12,343 bases of DNA from a virus. Both the position numbers and the translations under genes were made by a program. The DNA lies in the UHGV virus genome UHGV-0377305. One strand, written 5' to 3'. Each line of letters begins with the position of its first letter. Positions within the stretch are counted from its first letter, which is position 1. The notes under the pieces were generated by a model. It was not told where the DNA came from. It saw only the letters and a program-made list of their open reading frames with translations, and made no database searches. Shown one piece after another: positions 12,306-12,343 of the stretch.

Positions 12306-12343
12306 TTTTTGTATCAGCAGTGATACAAGTTGCAGCACTGCCG

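Noticed and set aside
10877-12338. Minus-strand ORFs antisense to lysB, R and S (10877-11092, 10944-11162, 11260-11469, 11575-11970, 11699-11998, 11814-12338)
   Set aside because: They are antisense to genes with good P2 homology and translational coupling signals. Their Arg/Ser/Cys-rich translations are typical of GC-rich antisense frames.
1-12343. CRISPR arrays, tRNA or rRNA genes, integrase and attachment sites
   Set aside because: I saw no regularly spaced direct repeats, no cloverleaf-like tRNA candidates, and no tyrosine integrase ORF in the window. The only site-specific recombinases are the two serine invertases.

Overview
This window is part of a P2-like (Peduovirus-type) prophage that looks rearranged and carries cargo. 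All calls rest on reading the sequence and on recalled protein families; no database search was run. Minus strand, 1-3183: tail genes in P2 order, namely tape measure T (3' truncated by the window edge), E and E+E' with a TTTTTTG -1 slippery site, tail tube FII and tail sheath FI, with a candidate TGT-N12-ACA late-promoter dyad upstream of FI. 3326-6013: two divergent Gin/Pin/Cin-family serine invertase genes, each just outside one of a pair of inverted gix/cix-like crossover sites. These sites flank two start-less tail-fibre C-terminal cassettes (Sv, Sv') and a single tail-fibre assembly gene. No tail-fibre constant region is joined to either cassette in this window. 6113-10590: cargo, comprising a 679-aa NanS-like SGNH/sialate O-acetylesterase-domain protein, two small ORFs, an AT-rich regulatory region with GATC-containing palindromes, and a Mu Com-like zinc-finger gene overlapping the GTG start of a C5-cytosine DNA methyltransferase (a Mom-operon-like layout). 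10609-12305, plus strand: a possible lysA remnant, lysB with embedded lysC, and tail completion genes R and S, in the opposite orientation to the FI-T block. The two most notable points are the Com-controlled C5-methyltransferase module and the dual-invertase cassette, which implies a third crossover site outside the window and possibly a >10 kb invertible segment.
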